Assembly (NCBI GenBank): GCA_963666365.2
Contig: CAXXNF010000002.1
Span: 1,664,001 to 1,728,000, forward strand
Reading direction: 5' to 3'
DNA length: 64,000 nt
From: Syntrophales bacterium
GTDB lineage: Bacteria > Desulfobacterota > Syntrophia > Syntrophales > UBA2210
The notes under the pieces: generated by a model
The model's database searches: none
What the model saw: the letters and a program-made list of their open reading frames with translations, nothing else
Told to the model about the DNA's origin: nothing
Program-made: the position numbers and the translations under genes
Shown: piece by piece, positions 47,623-57,946 of the stretch
Layout of the letters: every line of letters starts with the position of its first letter
Position numbering within the stretch: position 1 is the stretch's first letter

Positions 47623-48297
47623 CTAAAACAGCTCATCCCGCAGCAGCCCGTCCGTCATCCTCACCGCTCGTTTACATTGCCGTGCAATGCCGGGATCGTG
47701 GGTGATGATGATTACAGTGACACCCTCCTCTTCGTTAAGTCTCAGAAAGAGGTTCATGATCTCCTGCCCCACCCTTGTGTCAAGGGCGCCTGTAGGCTCA
47801 TCGGCCAGAATGATGGCGGGGTTGCCGACAAAGGCCCGGGCAATGGCCACGCGCTGCTGCTCTCCTCCTGAAAGCTCCGTCGGCCTGTGATGCTGTCTGT
47901 GTTCCATACCCACCTTTTCGAGCATCCGTACCGAACGCTGTCTCCGTTCTTTGTCCCCGAAACCTCGGTACGTAAGGGGAAGCGCCACGTTTTCTACCGC
48001 GGCGAGCTTCGAAAGCAGATAAAAATGCTGGAACACAAACCCGATCTTTTGATTCCGCGTCGCCGACTGCTCCCTGTCGCTGAATTGCGACACATCCCTG
48101 CCTTCGAGAAAGTATGAGCCTGAACTGGCAACATCCAGCAGTCCCATAATATTCATGAGCGTCGATTTCCCGCACCCCGACGTTCCCACAATGGAAAGAA
48201 ACTCTCCCTTATCCACCTTCAGATTGACGCCCTTCAGTATTTCCATTTCTATCGGGCCGATCTGATAGAATTTGTGCAGATCATGAATGTCAATCAT
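47623..48297 (-). CDS. ABC ATP-binding protein (LolD/MacB type)
   Basis: GTSGCGKST, LSGGEQQR, ADEPTGALD. Confidence 0.95.
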   Translation of the reverse strand: MIDIHDLHKFYQIGPIEMEILKGVNLKVDKGEFLSIVGTSGCGKSTLMNIMGLLDVASSGSYFLEGRDVSQFSDREQSATRNQKIGFVFQHFYLLSKLAAVENVALPLTYRGFGDKERRQRSVRMLEKVGMEHRQHHRPTELSGGEQQRVAIARAFVGNPAIILADEPTGALDTRVGQEIMNLFLRLNEEEGVTVIIITHDPGIARQCKRAVRMTDGLLRDELF

Positions 48298-48301
48298 GCC
48301 T

Positions 48302-50095
48302 TCACTCTCCGGGCCCCGGTATACGCTGCCGGCCAGTCGGCGCCGCGGAGGAACCGAAGCCCCCCGCGGGTCCCGTTTCCACCATTACCTCATCGCCTGC
48401 ATTGAGTCCCTCAGTAATTTCAACTGCATCGATGGTCGTAATGCCGGTCTTCACTTCTCTTTCCTGCGGTTCTCCCGTTTTTTGATCTCTGACGACGACA
48501 AACTGTGCACCGCCCTTGGTCCTTACCGCCCCGAAGGGAATCAGCAGCGCCTTCGGATTGTCATAGACACAGACCTGCAGGTTGGCCGACATGCCCACTT
48601 TTACCACCTTTCTCTGTTCCGGGGTAAGCGAATGTATCGTCACCTGGAGGTCGAACATGGGCACACCGGCCCCGGTTGAACTGCGCTTCGCCTGCGATGA
48701 CACATGGGATACCGTGCCTTTAAGGGGGATGGACAAAAAGGCGTCCCCGGTGACCGTCACCTTCTGACCCATTTTGATTTTTCCGATATCAACTTCGTCA
48801 ACGGTCGTCTTTACCGTAAGACCATCGAGATCTCCGATTGAAAGGAGAAGGTCTCCCTGTGAAACGGACACCCCGCGTTCAACTACCTTTGACTTCTCTT
48901 CACCCTTCCCCGTCGGCTGAATCACAATGCCGCCCACAGGCGCTCTGACAACGGCCTGCACCATTTGCAGTTCCAACTGATCCAGGCGGCTCTTGGCATT
49001 TTCATACTCGAACCGCACAATCCTGACATTTTCCTTACTCCCCTTTTTGAGCACAGTCTCCAGTTCTTCCCTTTGATTGACATGCTGGTCCCGTGCCGTT
49101 TCGTATTCGTTTCTTGGAACGATTCCTTTCTCATAGAGGAGTTTGCTTTCCTTCAGCTTGTTTTCCGCGCTCGCAAAGGCGCGCCTCGCACGCAATACTT
49201 CGGTTCCGCTGTTCCATGCCTTCCGCGCCTCGTACTCGCCCTTTGCCTTAATGTAGCTGGATCTGGCTTCTCTAAGCTTAATCTCCATTTCGCTTGTGTC
49301 CATCATAAGCAGGTGAGCGCCCTTTTCCACAAAGGACCCGTATTCGAAATATCGCTCCTTGATTTTTCCCTGAAAGGGGCTGATCACATTAATTTCGCTG
49401 AGCGGTTCGATGGTGCCTGCCAGAGATATGTTTGACGAAAGGGGACGGGGCTCTACTTTGTAGGCGCCGAGGCAACCGGCCGGCGGCGTTCCCGATCCTT
49501 CCATAAGGGAGAGCGCTTGTTTCTTCACTATGCCGCCGTTCCACGAATACAATCCGACGCCGACGAACAGAACCACCACACAGAGGGTCACCACGATCCT
49601 GACGACCTGCACCTTCCGGAGCGCCGCATTCAGGGTCTTGTTCGATTCTTCGAGATCGCGATAGGCATCGCGCAGTTGCCGGTTCAGTTCTTTTTCAGCA
49701 TCCTGCAGCGTCACAATCTCGGTAATATCGTTAAATACGACGATGACGCCTGCAGGCGTTTCGGATTCCCCTTCCGCCGATCGCAGATATGACGAGGTGA
49801 CGGAAAGCGTCACGGCACTATTGTCCCTTCGCCGGAATGAAACCGTGGTATTTTGCCCTACAGCAGCCTGGTAGACGGCATCCAGAATGGTTTGATTAAA
49901 CTCGTCATTGTCTTCCATTTCCATAATGAAAATTTCGGCAAAGGTTTTGTCTATGACTTCTTCAGGCGAAAGGCCGAGAATGGCGGAGGCCGCCGGATTG
50001 AACATGATGATCCGCCCGTTAAGGCTCAGGGTCATTACCCCGTCGCTCATGTTATCCAGAACATTTTTATAAAATACTGTCGCGTTTTCCTCCAT
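48302..50095 (-). CDS. periplasmic adaptor (MacA/HlyD) with an N-terminal PAS domain
   Basis: NMSDGVMTL..FNPAA..ILG..VVFNDIT (PAS), coiled coil, TM segment, VRAPVGG, VDEVDI, GL.AGDEV. Confidence 0.88.
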   Translation of the reverse strand: MEENATVFYKNVLDNMSDGVMTLSLNGRIIMFNPAASAILGLSPEEVIDKTFAEIFIMEMEDNDEFNQTILDAVYQAAVGQNTTVSFRRRDNSAVTLSVTSSYLRSAEGESETPAGVIVVFNDITEIVTLQDAEKELNRQLRDAYRDLEESNKTLNAALRKVQVVRIVVTLCVVVLFVGVGLYSWNGGIVKKQALSLMEGSGTPPAGCLGAYKVEPRPLSSNISLAGTIEPLSEINVISPFQGKIKERYFEYGSFVEKGAHLLMMDTSEMEIKLREARSSYIKAKGEYEARKAWNSGTEVLRARRAFASAENKLKESKLLYEKGIVPRNEYETARDQHVNQREELETVLKKGSKENVRIVRFEYENAKSRLDQLELQMVQAVVRAPVGGIVIQPTGKGEEKSKVVERGVSVSQGDLLLSIGDLDGLTVKTTVDEVDIGKIKMGQKVTVTGDAFLSIPLKGTVSHVSSQAKRSSTGAGVPMFDLQVTIHSLTPEQRKVVKVGMSANLQVCVYDNPKALLIPFGAVRTKGGAQFVVVRDQKTGEPQEREVKTGITTIDAVEITEGLNAGDEVMVETGPAGGFGSSAAPTGRQRIPGPGE

Positions 50096-50181
50096 AGAAT
50101 CCGTCCTTTCGGGAACGCCTCGCAGTCCCTCTTCCGGCTATCATCGCATGCCGGGCACTCCCAAGGGGCTGAAACCACCGG

Positions 50182-51747
50182 TCATCGATATTCCATCAGT
50201 TCCTGTTCCAGTGCTTTATAATTGCCGAGTATTTCTATCTTCCAGGTGTCCAGTGTCGTTCCCAGAAGCTGATCCAGTGTCGTCAGCGATGTCAAATAGG
50301 ATATAGTTTGCGTCACTTCCGCTTCCTGCCTGTCCACCAGCGTGTTCTGGAAACTTACCACCTGGAACAGCGTCGATCTGCCCGCATTAAGTTTGATTTT
50401 TTCGATTTCCAGTTTCTGTTGGGCCAGTTCAAGGCTCTTGCGGGCCCTGGAAAGGAGCGTCAGCTGCGTGTGCACATTCCGGACGGCATTGAGCACGTCC
50501 GTCTCCAGATCTTCCCTGGCCTCCTCCAGATTTAACCGGGCAACTTTTAAATTTCTCTTTGCCGAAAGGAGGCGTTGCCGCTTCACAAGTCGGTCATTGC
50601 CGTATATTTCAAAGGGAATCTTCAGGTTGAGGCCGATGTGCCAGTCGCGCCCCATGGCATCGTCCGCATCGTCTTTCCAGAGATAGGTATCATAGTCCTT
50701 CGCATATCCCCCAGTCAGATCCAGATTCCAGAGACGACTGTTTTCTTCTTCCATGAGCGCGAGTTCGCTCCGCGAGACATTGTTCACTCTCCGTATGTAG
50801 TCACTGTTGTTTTGCAAGGCAATATCCAGACAGGTCTGGTAGTCCGGTTTCATCTCCCGGAGAAAGACCTCGTCGGCGGGAATTATCGTAGTGCTTTTCT
50901 CTATGTCCAAGACGTCGAGAAGCGTCAGAAGGCTCGTGTCCAGGGTATTGAGGGCCTCCTCATAGCTGTACTCCTGGTCCGCAACCTGGGCCTCCGACTG
51001 GATCAGTTCATTGGCGGCCATTCTTCCCGTTTCAACAAGGATTTTATTTGTTTCCAGCTGTTTTTTCGCCTCTTCCAGCGCATTCTTGCGAATCTTGAGG
51101 TTGCGGGATGCTCTGTAGAAACTATTGTATGCCGAGATTACCGAGGCCACGGTGCTGCCGATGCTGTCTCTGAGATTGAAGAGGTTTTCCTGTTCCGTCA
51201 ACCGGGCCCTCACAAGCGTCGCCCTGTTATAGGCGACCCCTCCCCCCTTCAAGAGGGGCTGTGAAAATGTGATATCCCACCGGGAAGGCGTCATGGAGCT
51301 TGAAGAAGGCGCTCCGTCGGTCTTTCTCCGCAGGTCCTTGGATTGATTTTCCCATCCGAAGGCAATGCTGGCGCCTGTGGACAGTTTTTGCGTCGCGCTC
51401 AGAATGGCGCCGGCCTCCAGAGATTCAGAAATTGTTGTGCTTTTGCTCCCCAGCAGCGTTGCGTATGCGTCCGTATAGGTGCCGCCGGCAGCGACATCCA
51501 TTCTGATATTGGGAAGGAATTCCGCCTCGGCGATTCGCAAGTCGTATTTCTGAATCACCCGATTAAGATAGGCAATCGTGATATTTCTGTTGGAACGAAG
51601 AGCCAGCGACACCGCATCGGCCAAGGTTATCTCTATCGTTTTGCCTGTGGTGGGTTGTGTTCCCTCTTCATTGGCCGCCGCCCAGCCTGTTGCTGCCGTG
51701 AAGAAAACAATCGCGGCGAGAAGATAGCGGCTGATGGAGCATTTCAT
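50182..51747 (-). CDS. TolC-family outer membrane protein
   Basis: Signal peptide; ITLADAVSLAL..N; SQPLLKG; helical repeats. Confidence 0.9.
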   Translation of the reverse strand: MKCSISRYLLAAIVFFTAATGWAAANEEGTQPTTGKTIEITLADAVSLALRSNRNITIAYLNRVIQKYDLRIAEAEFLPNIRMDVAAGGTYTDAYATLLGSKSTTISESLEAGAILSATQKLSTGASIAFGWENQSKDLRRKTDGAPSSSSMTPSRWDITFSQPLLKGGGVAYNRATLVRARLTEQENLFNLRDSIGSTVASVISAYNSFYRASRNLKIRKNALEEAKKQLETNKILVETGRMAANELIQSEAQVADQEYSYEEALNTLDTSLLTLLDVLDIEKSTTIIPADEVFLREMKPDYQTCLDIALQNNSDYIRRVNNVSRSELALMEEENSRLWNLDLTGGYAKDYDTYLWKDDADDAMGRDWHIGLNLKIPFEIYGNDRLVKRQRLLSAKRNLKVARLNLEEAREDLETDVLNAVRNVHTQLTLLSRARKSLELAQQKLEIEKIKLNAGRSTLFQVVSFQNTLVDRQEAEVTQTISYLTSLTTLDQLLGTTLDTWKIEILGNYKALEQELMEYR

Positions 51748-52107
51748 ATAGTGAAGCCTCGGTATCCATGGGAATTATTTTCACAAAACCCTCACACTGT
51801 CGCAGCCGCATACACTAAACTAATTCTTCAGACATGTCAAAGTATAATGGGCCCAAATCCAGGGCATGCGATCTCCCCTTTTGCAGTTATGGATCTCACG
51901 CTTTTGGCGTAGCGCTGCGAAACATCTTCCATCCGGATGCATTATGTGATATGTTGTGAAAATGACTGATTGATCACATCTTTACGCTCTTGGCTCATTT
52001 ATGTACTGTGCAGGGGTCAAGAGCAGCTTCTGCCCTTCTATCTCCTCTTTACACAATCCGTCACCAAATATTAAAGTGTGCGCATTGCGCACCAATAGGA
52101 GCAACAA

Positions 52108-53013
52108 ATGCTGAATTTTTTGCCGTACCGGCTGGTGGGATTGATATCCATATCCCTGCTGGCATTGAACGTGATATTCTGGACGTCGATTCTGTTCGTG
52201 CTGGCCTTTTTCAAACTTGTATTGCCGCTGCCTCCGTTGCGTCGCCTCTTCGACAGGGTTCTGACGTGGCTCGCGGAAAACTGGATCGCCTGCAACGGTC
52301 TGTGGATCAAACTTACCCGCAGAACCGCCTGGGACGTGGAAGGACTGCAAGACTTACACTTTCGGGGTTGGTATTTGGTGATCAGCAATCATCAATCCTG
52401 GGTGGATATCTTTGTTCTGCAAAAAATCTTAAATCGCCGCATCCCCTTAATGAAATTTTTTCTCAAGCGCGAACTTATATGGGTGCCCTTTATGGGACTG
52501 GCCTGGTGGGCACTGGATTTTCCCTTTCTGCGCCGCTATAGCGCCCAATATCTAAAAAGAAATCCCACACATCGGGGAAAGGATTTTGAAACTACCCGCA
52601 AGGCCTGCGCAAAGTTTACGCACATCCCGACCAGCGTGATGAATTTTCTGGAGGGAACGCGCTTTACAGAAGCCAAGCACATCATGCAGAATCGACCATA
52701 TCAATATCTTCTGAAACCCAAAGCGGGCGGCATTGGCCTGGCATTGAGCGTATTGGGAGATAAATTTCAGTCCCTTTTGAACGTGACGATCGTCTATCCA
52801 GAAGGTATCCCGACTTTCTGGGGATTTTTGTGCGGTAAAGTGACACGAGTCTCAGTACGAGTGACATCGCAGAAAATACCGCAACAGTTTTTCAACGGCG
52901 ATTACGAAAATGACGGCGAATTCCGCACTGCCTTTCAGCAGTGGGTGCAGGGCCTGTGGCAGGACAAGGATAGGCAAATTGCAGCCGTGCTGGAGGAGGC
53001 GCACGCATCATAA
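52108..53013 (+). CDS. lysophospholipid acyltransferase (YihG-like)
   Basis: SNHQSWVDI, FFLK, FLEGTRF, LLKPKAGG. Confidence 0.92.
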   Translation: MLNFLPYRLVGLISISLLALNVIFWTSILFVLAFFKLVLPLPPLRRLFDRVLTWLAENWIACNGLWIKLTRRTAWDVEGLQDLHFRGWYLVISNHQSWVDIFVLQKILNRRIPLMKFFLKRELIWVPFMGLAWWALDFPFLRRYSAQYLKRNPTHRGKDFETTRKACAKFTHIPTSVMNFLEGTRFTEAKHIMQNRPYQYLLKPKAGGIGLALSVLGDKFQSLLNVTIVYPEGIPTFWGFLCGKVTRVSVRVTSQKIPQQFFNGDYENDGEFRTAFQQWVQGLWQDKDRQIAAVLEEAHAS

Positions 53014-53077
53014 TAATAAGGCCTGTGCCTCCCAGTCGGTTGTATTTTTACGCCACCGTGACGTGTAGCGCTGATGC

Positions 53078-54340
53078 TTACCGGGCAGCATGCCCCCTGT
53101 CACTGAAGGACCGTCGCCTCTGTCGTCCGGATGTCTGCGTCCTGGGCGCAAAATGCCTTTTGCCGTTACTCGGCTTTATGCCCTGAAACACATAAGTCCC
53201 GAGGGACTCATAGGCCTGCGGGCTGATTGTTAATCCCTCAACAGTCTGGAATTGTAACTTTTCTCCCAGCAGTCTCTTGAGGGAACGCAAAAGATCGACA
53301 TCCTGCCCGGTAATAAAGCTGAAGGCGTCGCCTGTCTTCGCAGCACGGCCTGTTCTCCCGATACGATGGGTGTATGCGTCTGTCGTATCCGGCATATCAT
53401 AGTTAATTACATGAGAAATGCGGGTCACGTCGATGCCGCGGGCGGCAATATCAGTGGCAACCATCACCTCATACCTACCATCCCTGAATCCATCGAGTGA
53501 CTGCTTACGTTTTTGCTGCGTAAGATTGCCATGCAGCGATGTCACCTTATGCCCGATTTTTGCTAATTGTACGGCCAGGCTTTTTGCACGCGATTTTGTT
53601 CTGGTAAACACCAGTACTGACTGGGTGTGAGTTTTCTCAAGAATATCAGCCAGCAATGCGATTTTCTGATCCATGGGAATCGGATAAAATTTATGTGAAA
53701 CCGTCATCACCGGCACGGTATGCCCGATCTGAATATTGACAGGATCACGCAGAAGATCATTGGCCAGGCGTCTGATCTCGGTGGGCATGGTGGCGGAGAA
53801 AAGCAAGGTCTGGCGAGCAACCGGCAGATGGCTTACAATCTTCCTGATATCCGGAAGGAATCCCATATCAAACATATGGTCCGCCTCATCCAATACGAGC
53901 ATTTCCACGGAAGACAAATCGATCGTGCCGCGCCCGATATGATCGAGCAGGCGGCCGGGACAGGCAGAGATGATTTCAACGTTGCCGCGCAGTGCGGCAA
54001 TCTGGGCGCTGATGCTTACACCGCCGTAGACAGTGGCACTGCAAAGCTTTGTTTTCCGTCCCAATTGCATGATCGCTTCATGGGTCTGCTCAGTTAATTC
54101 ACGAGTCGGCGCAACAATAAGGGCGCGTATGCGACCGCGACGCCCCTGCATCAGACGCTGTAAAATCGGCAACACAAAGGCGGCGGTTTTCCCTGTCCCC
54201 GTCTGGGCCAATCCCATCACATCCCTACCCTCCATGATTGGGGGAATAGACTGTGCCTGAATGGGAGTCGGCGTCCGATATCCGGCTGCCGCAACAGCGG
54301 TAAGTATTTTTTCATTAAACTTGAACTTCTCAAAACTCAT
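53078..54340 (-). CDS. DEAD-box RNA helicase (RhlE-like)
   Basis: PTPIQ, AQTGTGKT, DEAD, SAT, HRIGRTGR. Confidence 0.95.
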   Translation of the reverse strand: MSFEKFKFNEKILTAVAAAGYRTPTPIQAQSIPPIMEGRDVMGLAQTGTGKTAAFVLPILQRLMQGRRGRIRALIVAPTRELTEQTHEAIMQLGRKTKLCSATVYGGVSISAQIAALRGNVEIISACPGRLLDHIGRGTIDLSSVEMLVLDEADHMFDMGFLPDIRKIVSHLPVARQTLLFSATMPTEIRRLANDLLRDPVNIQIGHTVPVMTVSHKFYPIPMDQKIALLADILEKTHTQSVLVFTRTKSRAKSLAVQLAKIGHKVTSLHGNLTQQKRKQSLDGFRDGRYEVMVATDIAARGIDVTRISHVINYDMPDTTDAYTHRIGRTGRAAKTGDAFSFITGQDVDLLRSLKRLLGEKLQFQTVEGLTISPQAYESLGTYVFQGIKPSNGKRHFAPRTQTSGRQRRRSFSDRGHAAR

Positions 54341-54630
54341 TTTTTATCCTTCGTTTCTTTCTATGGTACCAGCTTCTATTGTAGGGCATGAACCCACTTG
54401 CACCGTCATGGGGCCGGTAAAGCCCATCCATTCACAGGCCTCTCCGGCGCCGGGAAGACAGGTTCCACAGACAGCATCACATCTGGATTCTCTTCTTGAT
54501 TAGCGGGATTATCCTTAACAGATTTCCTATGAAGAAAGGTGGGAAGGTCAATATCTATCGCTATTCTTGGCGTTCTTCTACAGGGAATGCGCATAAATAG
54601 CAAGCTTTATTTTTTACTGATATCCCTTTC

Positions 54631-55617
54631 TCATTTCATCAAACCCGTCTCTTTGTAGTACTTCATGGCGCCGGTATGAATAGGCGCCGACAGGGCTTCC
54701 AGCATATTCTCTTTCGTGAGCACTTCGAATGCCGGATGGAGTGTCTTGAAATGTTGCAGATTTTCAAACAATTCTTGTGTGATGGCGTACACGATATCGT
54801 CGGGCATGTCCGAACTGGTACAGAAGGTCGCCTTTACGGCAAAAGTGTGCGGATTTTCTCTGTTACTTGCCATCGGGTAGAATTTGATCGGTATGTATGC
54901 CTTCGCATAGTAGGGCCATTTCGCGACGAGCCCGTCTATCCCGGGCCCTTCGATAGGAACGAAGTGCACCTTTCGCCTGCCGCCGGTGGCCTCCTTTATC
55001 GACTCGCTGGGATTTCCCACGGTATAAAAGAAGGCGTCGATTCTTCCATCCTTAAGCATGTGTGTCGATTCATCGGCCCTTACCCCTTCAGCCCGCAACT
55101 CCTTTTGCCAGTCAATACCGCATGCCTCAAGGGCATCGATGGCATTGCCGCGCTGACCCGATCCGGGATTTCCTATGTTGACATATTTTCCTCTCAGATC
55201 CCTCAGGGTTTCGATGCCTCTATCGTCACCTGCGATCAGCATCACCGTCTCCGGGTGAAAACTGCATATGGCGCGAAGCTTCTTTTGCGGGCCCTTGTCC
55301 TTCCAGTTTTTCAATCCCTTCCAGGCTTGATACTGTCTGTCCGACTGCACGATGCCGAACTCAAGATCGCCGGTCATAATGGCGTTCAAATTGAAGACCG
55401 ACCCTTCCGTCGACTCGACGATTATCTTCAAATTATAGTGATCACTTTTCTTGTTGACGAGAGTACTGATGGCGCCCCCAGTCGGATAATATATGCCGGT
55501 AACGGCGCCCGTTCCTATCGTGACATATCTTGGGTCAGCCGAACAGACATTCGCTGATCCACAGACACAAACGACTCCAAGGGCAATCGCTATTCCAACT
55601 ATCGCTATTTTCCTCAC
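54631..55617 (-). CDS. TAXI-family TRAP solute-binding protein
   Basis: IGTG..TGIYYPTG, STEGSVFN, GNPGSG, PIHTGAMKYYKE. Confidence 0.92.
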   Translation of the reverse strand: MRKIAIVGIAIALGVVCVCGSANVCSADPRYVTIGTGAVTGIYYPTGGAISTLVNKKSDHYNLKIIVESTEGSVFNLNAIMTGDLEFGIVQSDRQYQAWKGLKNWKDKGPQKKLRAICSFHPETVMLIAGDDRGIETLRDLRGKYVNIGNPGSGQRGNAIDALEACGIDWQKELRAEGVRADESTHMLKDGRIDAFFYTVGNPSESIKEATGGRRKVHFVPIEGPGIDGLVAKWPYYAKAYIPIKFYPMASNRENPHTFAVKATFCTSSDMPDDIVYAITQELFENLQHFKTLHPAFEVLTKENMLEALSAPIHTGAMKYYKETGLMK

Positions 55618-55757
55618 TCCAATTCCTCCTCCAGTGCAAAGAAACAGAAAATATTTTCAGATAACAGGGCAACGGATTTAAAGTGGAATGCTTCGGGAAA
55701 CGGATGTATATCTTTCTCATTGATGCCATAGGGCCACCGTCGCACACGGTTCTTTAG

Positions 55758-56765
55758 TCACGCCATCCGATTTTGCCGGCCGACGATCAGGACGATTTTC
55801 CCGATATGAGCGCTTGATTCCATGAGCCGGTGCGCATCGGCGGCCTCCGCCAGGGGAAAGGTTCGGTCGATGAGCGGTTTGATACGCCCCTCTTCAATGA
55901 GAGGCCAGACATATCTGCCCAATGACCGGGCAATGTCCGCCTTCACTTCGGAAGACCGGGGGCGGAGAGTGGAACCGGTAAGGGTCAGTCGCTTCACCAT
56001 GATCGGCATGAAGTCAATCTGCACTTTCGAACCTCGCAGAAAGGCAATATTGACGATCCTCCCGTCCTTTGCCGCCAGGGCTATATTGCGGCCTACGTAT
56101 TCCCCTCCCACCATGTCGAGAACGACATCGATGCCAGCGCCTCCGGTCGCATTTTTCAGCACCGTGACATAATCCTCGGTGCGATAGTTCACGGCTATTT
56201 CAGCGCCCAGGGTTTCGCATACCCTGCATTTCTGGGGGCTCCCTGCGGTAGTGAATACCCGGGCGCCGAAGGCCTTCGCCATCTGAATGGCCGTGGTTCC
56301 GATACCGCTTGTCCCCCCGTGAACGAGAAACGACTCCCCTGCCTTCAAACCGGCCCGGTCAAAGACATTGCTCCACACGGTAAAGCATGTCTCCGGCAAG
56401 GCCGCCGCCTCCGTCATATCGAGACCCTTCGGCACGGGCAGGCATTGCGTTTCCGGTACGGCAACGTAGCCGGCATAGCCCCCGCCGTTGGCAAGGGCGC
56501 AGACGTGGTCTCCTTTTTCCCACAGGCGGCATCCCTTTCCGAGGGCAGCCACTTCGCCTGCCACTTCCAGACCGAGTATCGGTGATGCGCCCGGAGGTGG
56601 AGGATACATGCCTTTCCGCTGCACAATATCGGGACGGTTGACCCCCGCGGCGGCCACTTTTATCACCAATTCGCCCCGCCCCGGTTCCGGACGGGCCCCC
56701 TCGCGCAACTGAAGCACTTCCGGCCCTCCCGGTCCTGTCATTTCGATATAGTTCATGGAAATCAT
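55758..56765 (-). CDS. NAD(P)H-quinone oxidoreductase (PIG3-like MDR family)
   Basis: AAGVNRPD..QRKG.YPPP, HGGTSGIG, GSTLR. Confidence 0.92.
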   Translation of the reverse strand: MISMNYIEMTGPGGPEVLQLREGARPEPGRGELVIKVAAAGVNRPDIVQRKGMYPPPPGASPILGLEVAGEVAALGKGCRLWEKGDHVCALANGGGYAGYVAVPETQCLPVPKGLDMTEAAALPETCFTVWSNVFDRAGLKAGESFLVHGGTSGIGTTAIQMAKAFGARVFTTAGSPQKCRVCETLGAEIAVNYRTEDYVTVLKNATGGAGIDVVLDMVGGEYVGRNIALAAKDGRIVNIAFLRGSKVQIDFMPIMVKRLTLTGSTLRPRSSEVKADIARSLGRYVWPLIEEGRIKPLIDRTFPLAEAADAHRLMESSAHIGKIVLIVGRQNRMA

Positions 56766-56813
56766 TCCTTCCTCACGGAACATCTTCTTTTCAAAGGGAT
56801 GCAGCACCTTCGC

Positions 56814-57884
56814 CTAATCGCCAAAGAAGTTCTTCATTCCGACAAGCAGGTTCAGGTCCCCCTCAATACGATATTTGCCCTGCATAAACATCTCCTGGCC
56901 GTCGGCCTTTCCGGTCAGAATATCCATCCAGAGATCAAAAGGGCTGTAAACGGTAAGATCTGCCTTTTCCGCCTTCCCTACTTTCGCCCAAATCGACCCG
57001 TTTTCGATTGAAAGACAGCAGTCCCCTTCGATACCTCCTGTAAAGACGAACTGGATCAACGCCTTGGCATCACCCGCCTTTTGGGGGTTGAATCCCATTT
57101 TCATCAGCCCCGCAAACGCCCGCAGGGAAAGAGGCCGCGGCATCATTCGCCGTTTCTGAAATTCGGGAAGCGTTATCCCCTCGTCAATACAGGTCTGCCA
57201 TGCCGAGTTCGCCACCTCGGTCATGGTCTCTATATCACGGCCCAACGTCTGAGTAATGGCGGACAGGGTCTTTTCGGAAATCGTGCGTGTGGCCACAAGC
57301 TCTCTTCCCGCTTCGCGAGTCGCTGCAAGAATTTCCTCGCGCTTTTTGGCGTCGTTCTCCATCCCCTCTGCACCATCCCGATAGATCTCGGCCCACAGTG
57401 CGTCACGCTTACCTCCGTACATGTAGTGCATGTAATTTGACAGGGCATCGAAGGCCGAGGGAGCAGGAAATCCCGCAACCGAAAGTATGACCGCTGCAGG
57501 TGGTTGTTGTCTCAGCGGGTGATGCCACCGACCCTTTTCTTCATAAAGGAAGGGTTCGCAGACGGGAAAACACCGTTCGAAAAAGGCCTTCATGGGGGCA
57601 TTGACCGTATGGATAAAAAGCGGCGTTCCATAGACGCACAGATCCGATTCAAGCCATTTCGGATAGAGCTCATTGGTCATGTCGTCCTTATGGATGCAGC
57701 GCCCCGGCGTCTTTGTCATACAGGTAAAACAGCCTATGCAATAATGAATCTTTTTTTCACGCAATTTCACCACGTCAACCTCTGCGCCGGCCTCGCGCAT
57801 ACCCTGCACAAGATGGCCAAGCAACAGCGCCGTCTTGCTCTGGCTGTCGGGCCGCGTACTCGAATTGATGGCCAATACCTTCAT
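56814..57884 (-). CDS. iron-sulfur flavoprotein (flavodoxin fold) fused to an SCP2 lipid-binding domain
   Basis: CIGCFTC..TPGRC..KDDM; C-terminal IQFVFTG...DGQEMFMQGKYRIEGD. Confidence 0.85.
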   Translation of the reverse strand: MKVLAINSSTRPDSQSKTALLLGHLVQGMREAGAEVDVVKLREKKIHYCIGCFTCMTKTPGRCIHKDDMTNELYPKWLESDLCVYGTPLFIHTVNAPMKAFFERCFPVCEPFLYEEKGRWHHPLRQQPPAAVILSVAGFPAPSAFDALSNYMHYMYGGKRDALWAEIYRDGAEGMENDAKKREEILAATREAGRELVATRTISEKTLSAITQTLGRDIETMTEVANSAWQTCIDEGITLPEFQKRRMMPRPLSLRAFAGLMKMGFNPQKAGDAKALIQFVFTGGIEGDCCLSIENGSIWAKVGKAEKADLTVYSPFDLWMDILTGKADGQEMFMQGKYRIEGDLNLLVGMKNFFGD

Positions 57885-57946
57885 GTACTTTTCCTTTCTG
57901 AAAGACATACTTCAAGAAAGTTGTCTGTTCATACATCTCCTCACTG

